Positions 47,000 through 56,674 of a stretch of 64,000 nt of DNA are shown one piece after another. The DNA comes from a virus (taxonomy: Duplodnaviria; Caudoviricetes), in the IMG/VR virus record IMGVR_UViG_3300021399_000113, positions 74,607 to 138,606 of that record; one strand, written 5' to 3'. The first letter of the stretch is position 1, and every line of letters begins with the position of its first letter. The notes beneath the pieces are model-generated. The model searched no databases and had not been told where the DNA came from. It saw only the letters and a program-made list of their open reading frames with translations. The position numbers were made by a program, and so were the translations under genes.

Positions 47000-48889
47000 T
47001 TGGAAGATAATAATGTATTTGAAATAGAAAAGGGCACATATAATAGAGAAACAGTTTCAGTTCCAAAGCCACAACCTAAAACTGGTATGGACACTGATGG
47101 AGCATTCTATGATAATATTATATCGGCTGGCTTAACAAACCAACTTGATACAAGTGAGATTGATAGATTCTCCACATTATCAGAACGTAGAAATCAAATC
47201 TATAAAATGTTTGATGCTATGGGAGAAGATTCAAGAGTGTCTGCTGTATTAGACACATATGCTGAGGATGCTACTGAGCCAAGTGATACTGGTAGAATCA
47301 TGTGGTGTGAATCAGATGATGCTGATGTGGCAAAACTCATTACGTTCTATCTTGATAGCATGAACGTAGATAAGAACTGTTTTAAGTGGGCACACGCACT
47401 CTGTAAATATGGTGATGTTTATTTAAGACTTTATAGAGAGTCAGATGAAGATGACCATTTATTTAACAAAGAGGATATTGACGCAAGAGAGTCAGTAAAC
47501 GAGAATAGGAAGTCAACTCTTACAGAGGCAATTAAGATAAGAGCCTATAAGAAAACGGATAACTATACTCATTATGTTGAGATGAAAGAAAACCCAGCAG
47601 AAATGTTTGAGCTGAGTAAGTTCGGTAAGACTTATGGATTTATCCAAGCAGATGTAGAGCGTGTTACAGACGACAACTCACCGATTATGTACCAAGAATA
47701 TTATAGATATAAGTTTAACCAAAAAGATATAAACATCTTTGAGGCAACTGAATGGGTGCATGGTATGTTGGAAGATAATTCTTCTCGTAACCCAGAAGAA
47801 GTTACAATCTTTTTATCTGACAATCTGGAAGACGAGAAGAAGTATACCTATAAAGTTAAGAGAGGTCAATCTTTACTGTATCACGCATTTAAGATTTGGA
47901 GAGAGCTAACACTACTTGAGAACTCTCTTATGCTTAATCGTGTTACCAAATCTTCAGTGTTAAGAGTAATCAGTTCAGAAGTTAAGGATATGCCAAAAGA
48001 GAATGTCATTCCTCACCTTCAGTCCATTAAGAACATGGTAGAGCAAAAGACAGCTCTTAATACAAATCAATCTATGTCTGAATATACAAATCCAGCACCA
48101 ATGGAGAATACCATTTATGTATCAACAAGAAATGGTGTAGGTGCATTAACTGCATCACAGATTGGTGGAGATGTTGATATAAAATCCATAGCGGACATTG
48201 AGTATTTCTTAAATGCTTTGTTTGGAACATTACGTGTACCTAAACAGTATTTTGGATATGTAGATGATAATGGTGGATTTAGTGGTGGTCAATCACTCTC
48301 TATTATTTCATCTCGTTATGCTAAGTTAGTAAAGCGTATTCAGAATGCACTTATACAAATGGTAACAGATGCAGTCAACCTCATGTTAATTGACGTAGGG
48401 TTAGACGCATATATTAATAAATACACATTAAAGATGCAAGCACCTACAACACAAGAAGAGATTGATAGACGTGATAACACATCTGGAAAGGTACAGCTTG
48501 TATCAGATATTATGAATATGTTATCTGATATAGAAAGCCCAGTTGTTAAATTAACAATTCTTAAAACTTTACTTGCAGATGTTGTAAATGAGCCAGAAGT
48601 AATTAGTCTTATTCAAGAAGAGATTGATAGACTTGAACAAGAGGGTGCAACCGAAGGTGAATCCGAAGAGGGTAATAATGACTTTGGTGGAGAATCTACT
48701 GGCTTAGGTGGTGGTGGATTTGATAGAAGCACACCAATGGATTTAAATGATGAAGCAACTGATTTTGGTGGAGACATAGAGGACAATGAAACCTCTGATA
48801 CAGAAGAGCCAGAAAAGGGTGCTGAAGAAACTGTATTACCATCACCAAGTGATTTAGGTGTTGACTTTACTAATGATAATGAACAGTAA
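47000..48889 (+). CDS. Portal protein (T4 gp20-like)
   Basis: KYGD, W..L.LLE.S....R, DIEYF...LF..L.VPK; position between terminase and protease. Confidence 0.85.
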   Translation: MEDNNVFEIEKGTYNRETVSVPKPQPKTGMDTDGAFYDNIISAGLTNQLDTSEIDRFSTLSERRNQIYKMFDAMGEDSRVSAVLDTYAEDATEPSDTGRIMWCESDDADVAKLITFYLDSMNVDKNCFKWAHALCKYGDVYLRLYRESDEDDHLFNKEDIDARESVNENRKSTLTEAIKIRAYKKTDNYTHYVEMKENPAEMFELSKFGKTYGFIQADVERVTDDNSPIMYQEYYRYKFNQKDINIFEATEWVHGMLEDNSSRNPEEVTIFLSDNLEDEKKYTYKVKRGQSLLYHAFKIWRELTLLENSLMLNRVTKSSVLRVISSEVKDMPKENVIPHLQSIKNMVEQKTALNTNQSMSEYTNPAPMENTIYVSTRNGVGALTASQIGGDVDIKSIADIEYFLNALFGTLRVPKQYFGYVDDNGGFSGGQSLSIISSRYAKLVKRIQNALIQMVTDAVNLMLIDVGLDAYINKYTLKMQAPTTQEEIDRRDNTSGKVQLVSDIMNMLSDIESPVVKLTILKTLLADVVNEPEVISLIQEEIDRLEQEGATEGESEEGNNDFGGESTGLGGGGFDRSTPMDLNDEATDFGGDIEDNETSDTEEPEKGAEETVLPSPSDLGVDFTNDNEQ

Positions 48890-48911
48890 TAACTGGAAAG
48901 GATAACTACAA

Positions 48912-49358
48912 ATGGTAACAAAAAACGATTGTATATTACTTTTGTCTACTATTGGAACAGATGAAGCAAAGGCAGAATTAACTAACCTTGTTAAAAATGG
49001 ACTGACAATTGATACATTAAAATGTATCAATAAAAACAGAGAGCTGTCCGTATCTGCTTTCTATGAAAAGATAAGGAATTCTTATAATAATAAGAAATCT
49101 AAATTGTATATAAATATAGTAAAAGGAAATCTGCAAGACGCTGATGATATATTAACCACATTAGCGTCCTTGCAGTTACAGATATTATTATTTGCAAAGA
49201 CAGTAGAGGATAGACAAATCTTTTTAAGACATGCAAGATTTGGAGATATATCTGCTGTATTAGGTCAGTATAGTAAAACTTATGACTTAATTCCTTGTCA
49301 GAAACTTCTTACATATATCAGAGCAGATTTAAAAGTGTTTGAGGAATGTAAGAAATAA
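48912..49358 (+). CDS. Hypothetical head-cluster protein
   Basis: ORF between portal and protease. Confidence 0.6.
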   Translation: MVTKNDCILLLSTIGTDEAKAELTNLVKNGLTIDTLKCINKNRELSVSAFYEKIRNSYNNKKSKLYINIVKGNLQDADDILTTLASLQLQILLFAKTVEDRQIFLRHARFGDISAVLGQYSKTYDLIPCQKLLTYIRADLKVFEECKK

Positions 49359-49453
49359 TACAAAAAGTTTGAATATTCGTAAAAATAAATTATAATAATT
49401 GTATTAAAATATTGTGAGAGAAAGATGATTTCTCTTTTTGGAAGGAGTAGAAG

Positions 49454-50998
49454 ATGCCTCAAGATACAGTAAATGATGGTTTATTACATTTTACTGACGA
49501 GAATGGAATAGAGAAAGCCATATTAGGTACATTAGAAGGTGCTTGTGCAGACTTCATTGCTCCCACTCGTAATGGCAGATTATATAATGATGAACTGTGG
49601 GGGGAAGTTTTTGAAAAGAACCCTATAGTGAATGAGTTATTTGAAAATGGTGGTATCGTTGGTGAATTAGACCACCCAGCAAATTATAATTCAGAGGGTG
49701 TCGAAGACAGAGATGAAAGCGACACTTCCAGAACGGCAATTCTGTTAAAGGAAAAGCCAGTAAAAAAAGATGGTAAATATTGGGCAAAGTTTTTAATTCT
49801 CAATACACCATTAGGTAAGATTGCGTATACATTAGCAAAGGCTGGATTTAAATTTGGTGTAAGTTCAAGAGGGTCTGGAGATGTTCTTACAGATGATAAT
49901 GGTAATGAATATGTCGACCCACTTACTTATGATTTTAAAGCATTTGACTTAGTATTGTTACCAGCAGTTAAGTCTGCAAGGTTAAGTCTTGTTACTGAGT
50001 CATTAGATACCAAAAAGAAATTTAATTATAAAGAAGAACTTACAGAGCAAATCAATTCTGCTGATGATGAGGGTAAAAAGTTAATAACAGAAACCCTTGA
50101 CCATTTAGGAATACGCTATCAATCAACCGATAAGGTTGTTAATATAGAGGATGAGCCTACTAAAGAAGAAGTTGTCAATGACAAGTCAGATTTAATTAAG
50201 CAACTCCAAGAAGCATTATTGAATAACCAAAAGTTAGAAAAAGAGATTACTAATCTTCAAGAAAAATTATCAGTTTGTTATACAAAGGAAAGTCGTAACG
50301 AAGAAGTAATTGAAAAGTATAAGACTTCAATTCAGAAGTTAACCGAGTCACTAAAAATTGCTAAAGTAGAATCCCTAAAAATTCCAAAGTTACAGACTGT
50401 AATTTCTGGTCTTAAGGAAGATATTAATACTAAGGATGCAAAGGTTGCAGAATTAACTGAAAAGTTAAGAGTAAGTGCAAAGAATAAAAAGGGATTAAAT
50501 GAATCTCTTGCTAAACAAGAGAATGATGTAAAAGAATTAACTAATAGAGTACATACCTTATCTGAATCCTTAAAGGAAACCAGAGTAAAGGCAAAACAAG
50601 ATGTTGAAACTCTTACTGAAAAGTTAGAAGACTTAAAGAAGGATTCCGCTATTAAGAAAAAGGAATACTCAGATAAGTTAAAACAGTCCAATGGACTTGT
50701 TGAGAAATATAAATCAATCGCAAAGACAGTTGTAAATGAGTATATTAGTTCTCAAGCGAAAATGATTGGAGTAGGCACTGCTGAAATAACCAATAAACTT
50801 CCTGCTAATTATTCATTAAATGATATAACTGCTGTTTGTGAAAGTTTAAGAGATACAAAGATAGCATTAAATAAATTACCATTTGATACAAGAAGAATGG
50901 CAAATGCAAAAATTGTTGCTAATCAACCAAAAGAGCCAATTCTTCCAACAAATGAAGATGATATAGTTGATGAATCTTTGTTATCATTTTTACGCTAA
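49454..50998 (+). CDS. Prohead protease (T4 gp21-like) fused to a coiled-coil scaffold
   Basis: NGRLY, GELDHP, TP.G, GVSSRGSG, FDLV..P; long coiled coil with many LxES sites. Confidence 0.9.
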   Translation: MPQDTVNDGLLHFTDENGIEKAILGTLEGACADFIAPTRNGRLYNDELWGEVFEKNPIVNELFENGGIVGELDHPANYNSEGVEDRDESDTSRTAILLKEKPVKKDGKYWAKFLILNTPLGKIAYTLAKAGFKFGVSSRGSGDVLTDDNGNEYVDPLTYDFKAFDLVLLPAVKSARLSLVTESLDTKKKFNYKEELTEQINSADDEGKKLITETLDHLGIRYQSTDKVVNIEDEPTKEEVVNDKSDLIKQLQEALLNNQKLEKEITNLQEKLSVCYTKESRNEEVIEKYKTSIQKLTESLKIAKVESLKIPKLQTVISGLKEDINTKDAKVAELTEKLRVSAKNKKGLNESLAKQENDVKELTNRVHTLSESLKETRVKAKQDVETLTEKLEDLKKDSAIKKKEYSDKLKQSNGLVEKYKSIAKTVVNEYISSQAKMIGVGTAEITNKLPANYSLNDITAVCESLRDTKIALNKLPFDTRRMANAKIVANQPKEPILPTNEDDIVDESLLSFLR

Positions 50999-51042
50999 TA
51001 AGTTGTATATATTGTTATAATAAATTAAGGAGTAAATAACAC

Positions 51043-51232
51043 ATGAATCTTTTAGAGAAATATAGCAACAGACTTAAAGTTGCTGAGTCTTTATATTCAA
51101 AGACACACAGTGGTGCTCCTATGGACACCAACCAGAAGCTTTGTGTTGCTACTTGCCTTGATAACGTTTCTCGTTATTTAACAGAAGCATTTAACTCAAG
51201 CGAGGGTACACAGAGAACAGATATGGGAGCGT
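51043..51232 (+). CDS. Major capsid protein (T4 gp23-like), exon 1
   Basis: AAGGAG RBS; YLTE|A processing site; joins in frame to exons 2 and 3 (477 aa spliced). Confidence 0.88.
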
Positions 51233-51280
51233 AAACTTATGCGCAATACTGTGGTGACACAGTAGTGTTTATTAAGATAC

Positions 51281-51370
51281 GTGCTTTATAGGACAAAGGA
51301 GTAGCTACCTCGTTAGTACCTACAATTACTAACTTACTATAAAGCATAAGATATTATATCTATGTAGGAG
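51281..51370 (+). ncRNA. Structured leader with anti-SD loop upstream of the intron-1 endonuclease
   Basis: Three-way junction; loop CCTACA is complementary to TGTAGG at the RBS. Confidence 0.6.
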
Positions 51371-51372
51371 AT

Positions 51373-52110
51373 ATGAATATGTATGGTTATGTTTATAAAA
51401 CGACTGACCTAAGAAATAATAAAATCTATATTGGTCAACATAAAAGTGAACAATATGATGATAAATATTATGGGTCGGGAATCATAATTACTTCTTTGAT
51501 AAAGAAATATGGTACACAGAATTTTAAGAATGAGATTTTGTGTGAATGTGCTTCTGCGGAAGAACTAAACGATAAAGAAATAGAATTCATTGCACAGTAT
51601 GATGCAAGAAATCCAGAAATCGGATATAACATTGCAACGGGTGGTGCATTTGGTGATTCTGGTTATCATTTAGGAATGCTTGGAAAAACTCAAACAGATA
51701 AGCAAAAGGCTTGTGCTTCAAAAGCTTGCTCTTACAAAAGGGATAAGAAATTTTGTGAAAGGATGGCACAGCAGACCACAGCCTTGTGGGAAGATGATAA
51801 GTACAGAGAGTTAATGTCCAAGAAACGCAAAGGTAAAATTCCTTGGAACAAAGGGATGACCATAGATGAAGAGACTAAAGAAAAGATTTCCAAGTCAGTA
51901 TCTAAAAGCCTTAAAGATAAATATGAGGCAATGACCGATGAAGAAAAGCTTGCACGTGGTAAAGCAATCTCTGCTGGAAAGAAAGGCAAGGTTGCAGTAA
52001 CTGATGGCAATAAAACTTACTTTGTTTCTTCTGATGAAGTGGATGATTACATACATAAAGGATATTACAAGATGTCCTTACAGAGATATAAGAAACTTAA
52101 TAAACAATAA
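51373..52110 (+). CDS. GIY-YIG homing endonuclease (intron 1)
   Basis: GYVY...KIYIGQH...YYGSG...E...GYN; NUMOD-like C-terminus. Confidence 0.92.
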   Translation: MNMYGYVYKTTDLRNNKIYIGQHKSEQYDDKYYGSGIIITSLIKKYGTQNFKNEILCECASAEELNDKEIEFIAQYDARNPEIGYNIATGGAFGDSGYHLGMLGKTQTDKQKACASKACSYKRDKKFCERMAQQTTALWEDDKYRELMSKKRKGKIPWNKGMTIDEETKEKISKSVSKSLKDKYEAMTDEEKLARGKAISAGKKGKVAVTDGNKTYFVSSDEVDDYIHKGYYKMSLQRYKKLNKQ

Positions 52111-52387
52111 ACAAGGTGAATTATTGGAAACTCTCTTAACATAGTACAGAGTGTTAAGAGACAATCAATAGCCAAGTTCATATATTTTATATGAAAAGGT
52201 TTAACGACTATCGAAAGCATAGTATGTGAGAAATACACATACGAAGAAGTGAGTAGAGTAGGAGATAGTATCTCCGAAGTGCCTTGCATCTTTATTGCGG
52301 TAGCAGTAATAAAGATGGTGATATAGTCTGAACACTATAGTGATATAGTGAGAATAATCGGAAACGGATTATTCATAACACACTTTG

Positions 52388-52424
52388 ATAAGAAATTCTG
52401 TATGACTCTTACAAACGTAGCCTT
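52388..52424 (+). CDS. Major capsid protein, 37-nt micro-exon 2
   Basis: Encodes (Y)KKFCMTLTNVA(L) in frame between the two introns. Confidence 0.85.
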
Positions 52425-52505
52425 TAACTAATCAGAGGCTGTGAGTAGTAATACTCATGGAAATTTAACAGTTACATATTAGTTACATTATAATCATAAG
52501 GTTAT

Positions 52506-52592
52506 AATGTGGGACAGGGAGTTGCAAGCCTTTTTGATTACCCTTAATAATCAAATTACCACATTTATGATATTAAATAAATTTTAAGGGAG
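52506..52592 (+). ncRNA. Structured leader with anti-SD loop upstream of the intron-2 endonuclease
   Basis: Same architecture as 51281-51370; loop CCCTTAA is complementary to TTAAGGG at the RBS. Confidence 0.6.
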
Positions 52593-52600
52593 TTTATTCA

Positions 52601-53359
52601 ATGTATGGTTATATTTATAAAACAACAAATTTAATAACCAATAAAATCTATGTTGGACAAAAGAAATCAAATAAGTTTCTTGGAACAAAATATTTAGGTA
52701 GTGGAACGCATTTAAAAGAATCTGTAAAACATCACGGCAAAGAGAATTTTACTGTTGAGTTTATAGATAGTGCAGAAACCGCTACTGAATTAAATGAAAA
52801 AGAAATTTATTGGATAGATAAATTAGACGCACGAAATCCTCAAGTCGGATATAACATCTCTCTTGGTGGTGATGGTAATACATCTGGTACATCTTGGAAT
52901 AAAGGTCTTACCAAAGAACAAGATGAAAGGTTGATTTGTTCAGAGCAGACCAGAATGAAACGAAGTAAATCGTTGAAAAGGTCTTATGCTGAAGGACAAC
53001 ACAAAGTCAACTTTACTGATGAGATTCGTGCTAAGATGAGTGCTAAAGCAAAGGCAAGACCTCATCTTCCAACTACCAATGGTAAGAAAGTAATAAATAA
53101 TGGAGAAACAAATAAAATGGTTTATCCACAAGAACTTGAAACTTACTTATCAAATGGTTGGGTAGTTGGTAAATTACCCAGTAATAAACCAGCGTGGAAT
53201 AAAGGGTTGACTAAAGACACAAATGAGAGTGTAAACAAATACTCAAAGGCAAGACAAAAGCTAATAGCAAGTGGTAATCGAGTTGGTTTTTGTAATGCTA
53301 AAGGGAATCATTTTTCTAAAGGTCAAAAGGTTAAAGAGTTTGTTGCTGAAAACTGTTAA
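52601..53359 (+). CDS. GIY-YIG homing endonuclease (intron 2)
   Basis: GYIY...KIYVGQ...YLGSG...E...GYN; WNKGLTK repeats. Confidence 0.92.
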   Translation: MYGYIYKTTNLITNKIYVGQKKSNKFLGTKYLGSGTHLKESVKHHGKENFTVEFIDSAETATELNEKEIYWIDKLDARNPQVGYNISLGGDGNTSGTSWNKGLTKEQDERLICSEQTRMKRSKSLKRSYAEGQHKVNFTDEIRAKMSAKAKARPHLPTTNGKKVINNGETNKMVYPQELETYLSNGWVVGKLPSNKPAWNKGLTKDTNESVNKYSKARQKLIASGNRVGFCNAKGNHFSKGQKVKEFVAENC

Positions 53360-53677
53360 AGAAAACGATGTGAAATCGGGGAAAACCTTATTATGGTTTA
53401 GCAATACATAGTAAGACAATCCCGTACCAAGATATGAGAAATCATATAAGGTGTAACGACTATCGAAAGCATAGCCATCAAGAAATATGGTGGTGAAGAA
53501 GCAAGTAGAGTAGAGCCAAGTGGTTGGTATCTATGCGATATTAACATAGAGTAAGCCCATTAAATCGAAGTGCATCGAGTCCAACAAACGTTAATAGGAT
53601 GTTGGATTGTGATATAGTCTAATCTATATAGTGATATATAGAGAATAATTGGACACGAATTATTCGTAATGATAATG

Positions 53678-54884
53678 ACCTAACCTTATTGCTAACGAAA
53701 TCGTACTTGTAAAACCTCTTCCAAGTATGACAGGCTACATCAGCTACATGAAGTATTCTTATGGTAGCACAAAGGGTGGCACTGAAGCTGGTACAGAGTT
53801 AAACAGCCCATTCAAACTTGGTTTAGTTGATAAGAACTATACTTCAAGGTTTGTTCCAGAGGCTAAGCCCGCTGTAGCAAGTGGTGGTGTTGTTGCTGGT
53901 ACTCTTACATGGACACCAGTTGTACCTAATTTCGTAGAATTCGTAATTGGTACTGACGTATATCGTGATGGTGGCGATGGTAAGATTTACAAGGGCAGAA
54001 CTGTTACTACAAAAGACACAACTGATAGTTGGGGTAATGTAACTCCTGCTGGTACAGTTGTTAATGCTGGTACAGAAGTTACTGGTTCTTCTATCAACTA
54101 TCAGACAGGTGCTTATACATTTACAGATGTTACATTAACAGAAGCTACAGCAGTTATGTGTAACTATGTATATGATAACGAAGTTGTTCCTCAGAACGAC
54201 CTTCCTACTATTGTTGGTAAGATGGATGGTATCGCTCTTGTCGCTAAGCCAAGACGTATTGCCATCTACTACAATCAGTTAGCACAATTTCAGGCTAAAA
54301 CGGATTATGGTTTCGACCTTGCTACTCAGTTAGCAGAACAGGCAGTTGGTACACTCTCTGCTGAAATTGATACTGAAATCACAGACTTACTTATTGATAA
54401 CGCTACACTTAAGCCTTCACTTACTTTCAATAAGACTGTTCCTATTGGTATCACAAAGCACGAGCACTATGCTGACTTCACTGAAATCCTTGAGTTAGCT
54501 AAGAAAGAAATCTATGATGTAACACGTAGATTCGTTCCTAACTACATGATTTGTGCAAGTGATATTCTTCCTATACTTGCTTTCATTCCAGAGTTCAAAC
54601 AGGCGTCTACTGGTCAGATAAACGGGCCATATTTCGCAGGTACTCTTGGAAGTCTGAAGGTATTTATTGTACCTCGTACAGATTTCGCTGGCAAGTTCGT
54701 AATTGGTGTAAATGGTAACGACTATATGACAGCGGCTGCCGTCTATGCACCTTACATGCCTATCATCCCAAGTGGTGAAGTAACTTACGCAGATGGTCTT
54801 ACATCTAAGGGTTGGGCTACTATGTACGACCTTAAGATACTTAACCCTCTGTTACTTATCAAGGGACAAATCGTTGCTGAATAA
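53678..54884 (+). CDS. Major capsid protein (T4 gp23-like), exon 3
   Basis: PNLIANEIVLVKP..SMTG; L.AEID.EI; YAPY.P gp23 signatures. Confidence 0.93.
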
Positions 54885-54887
54885 TTG

Positions 54888-54916
54888 TTGACAAATTAGA
54901 CAATTTATTGTATATT
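54888..54916 (+). promoter_or_regulatory. Promoter for the freestanding endonuclease (sigmaA-like, overlapping TTGTATA)
   Basis: TTGACA-17-TATATT. Confidence 0.6.
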
Positions 54917-54984
54917 AAATATGTGTGGGATTGTGGGGCTACACCCACACATTCTACACATATTTTTATATAAAAGGATTGTTT

Positions 54985-56289
54985 ATGGTCAAAGGACAAA
55001 TTGCATACAATAATGGCAATAGAATAATATTTTTGACTGAAGGCGAAGATATTCCAAAGGGATTTGTTCGTGGAGGATTACCTCGTATGTCTGCTGAAAG
55101 ATATAAACAGGCGGGTAGGAAATCCTCGCAGACACAAAAAGATGCTTGGAATAACTTATCACAGGAAGAAAAAGACATAAGACTTTCCTCTTTACATGAT
55201 AGAATGTTTACTGATGAAGTAAATGCTAAACGTGCTGAATCATGTAGACATACGATGTCATTAAAGAGTGAAGAAGAATTGTCTGCTATTTCTGAAAAGA
55301 AAAGCGAATCACTTAAAAGAACTTGGGCAACAAAAACCTCTATTGATAGAGAGAATAGAAGAATAAAGACAAAAGAGACTTGCATAGAGAAATATGGAGT
55401 AGAGTTTCCTTGTCAACTTCCTCAATGTGGATTATCTAATAGTGGTACACATACCAAACCAAATGAAACATTTGCTCGTTTATTAGATAAATATAATCTT
55501 GAGTATGAGCGTGAGTTCCCTTTAAGTAAATATAAATATGATTTTAAAGTTGGTAATATCTTATTTGAAATAAACCCCACGGCTACACATAATTCTACTT
55601 ATGGAATTTATTATAGGGATGGATTAGATAAAAAGTATCATTACAACAAAACCAAACTTGCTTTTGATAGTGGTTATCATTGTGTCAATGTTTGGGATTG
55701 GGATGATGCAGAACTTCTGATTAAAACCTTTTGTATTCCTAAAGAAAGGATTTATGCTCGGAAGTGTGATATTAAGGAAGTCACACAAACAGATGCTGTT
55801 ACATTTATAAATAACAATCATTTACAAGGATATGCTAAAGATAGTATTAGACTTGGATTGTATTATAATAATGAGTTAGTATCTATTATGACTTTTGATA
55901 AGCCTCGCTATAATCATAAATACGATTATGAACTTGTTAGATATTGTTCAAGTAAATCAATCATAGGTGGGGCAAATAAATTATTCAAACACTTCCTTGA
56001 TAGATACAAACCAACTTCTGTTATATCATATTGTGATAGAAGTAAATTTAATGGTAATGTGTATATTGAATTAGGATTTACTGCCGAGAAGATTTCTGTG
56101 GGAAAGCATTGGTATAATATAAACACTAAAAAGCATATCACAGATAATCTTTTAAGACAAAGAGGGTTTGACCAATTGTTTGATACCAACTATGGTAAAG
56201 GAACTTCTAATCGTGATTTAATGATACAGCATGGCTTTGTTGAAGTGTATGATGCGGGACAACAAAGATATGTTTATTATCACATATAA
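54985..56289 (+). CDS. Freestanding Hef-like homing endonuclease (PD-(D/E)xK plus GNAT-like C-domain)
   Basis: KYDF...FEIN...H...VWDW; YARKC...F...HLQG...YEL.RY...GGA.KL...SYCDR. Confidence 0.75.
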   Translation: MVKGQIAYNNGNRIIFLTEGEDIPKGFVRGGLPRMSAERYKQAGRKSSQTQKDAWNNLSQEEKDIRLSSLHDRMFTDEVNAKRAESCRHTMSLKSEEELSAISEKKSESLKRTWATKTSIDRENRRIKTKETCIEKYGVEFPCQLPQCGLSNSGTHTKPNETFARLLDKYNLEYEREFPLSKYKYDFKVGNILFEINPTATHNSTYGIYYRDGLDKKYHYNKTKLAFDSGYHCVNVWDWDDAELLIKTFCIPKERIYARKCDIKEVTQTDAVTFINNNHLQGYAKDSIRLGLYYNNELVSIMTFDKPRYNHKYDYELVRYCSSKSIIGGANKLFKHFLDRYKPTSVISYCDRSKFNGNVYIELGFTAEKISVGKHWYNINTKKHITDNLLRQRGFDQLFDTNYGKGTSNRDLMIQHGFVEVYDAGQQRYVYYHI

Positions 56290-56321
56290 GTATTAAATTG
56301 TTACATATAATTCCTCCGTTG

Positions 56322-56377
56322 AAAGAGTAGTCTATGGCTGATATAATTTATTCTATACTCGTAGACTACTCTTTTTA
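56322..56377 (+). terminator. Intrinsic terminator
   Basis: AAAGAGTAGTCTA...TAGACTACTCTTTTT. Confidence 0.65.
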
Positions 56378-56428
56378 TTATTGTATAAAGTAGTTGTAGA
56401 ACTAATTTTGTGAAAGGAAATAAAAATA

Positions 56429-56644
56429 ATGAGAATTACAGAAATCGCTAATGTACTTGATATTGCTCGTACTGAGGGTGAAAACTCTATCGTAATTAAA
56501 ATTGATGGTAAAGAAGTTGCTACTGCAACACAGGCTGTAAATGTTCCAAAGGTTACTGGTACAACAGCAAGTGATGCTATTACTGCAATCAATGCCCTCA
56601 TTGACGCTTTAGTTGACGCTGGTGTAATGGCATCAGAAGAGTAA
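56429..56644 (+). CDS. Small head-fibre/decoration-like protein
   Basis: AINALIDALVDAGVMA C-terminal motif. Confidence 0.6.
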   Translation: MRITEIANVLDIARTEGENSIVIKIDGKEVATATQAVNVPKVTGTTASDAITAINALIDALVDAGVMASEE

Positions 56645-56674
56645 TTTATTTAGAAATTATTAAGGTGGTTAACA

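Larger units (their letters stand above)
51233..52387 (+). mobile_element. Group I intron 1 in the major capsid gene
   Basis: P1 GCGU/GCGC with U.G at splice site; P10 CUUAU/AUAAG; P7 elements AACGACTATC and GATATAGTC; terminal G. Confidence 0.9.
52425..53677 (+). mobile_element. Group I intron 2 in the major capsid gene
   Basis: P1 AGCCUU/GAGGCU with U.G; AACGACTATC and GATATAGTC; core similar to intron 1; terminal G. Confidence 0.9.

Noticed and set aside
51043-51234. 63-aa standalone ORF, and 53727 as the capsid start
   Set aside because: Both are parts of the intron-split capsid gene; the TAA spans the exon 1/intron 1 junction.
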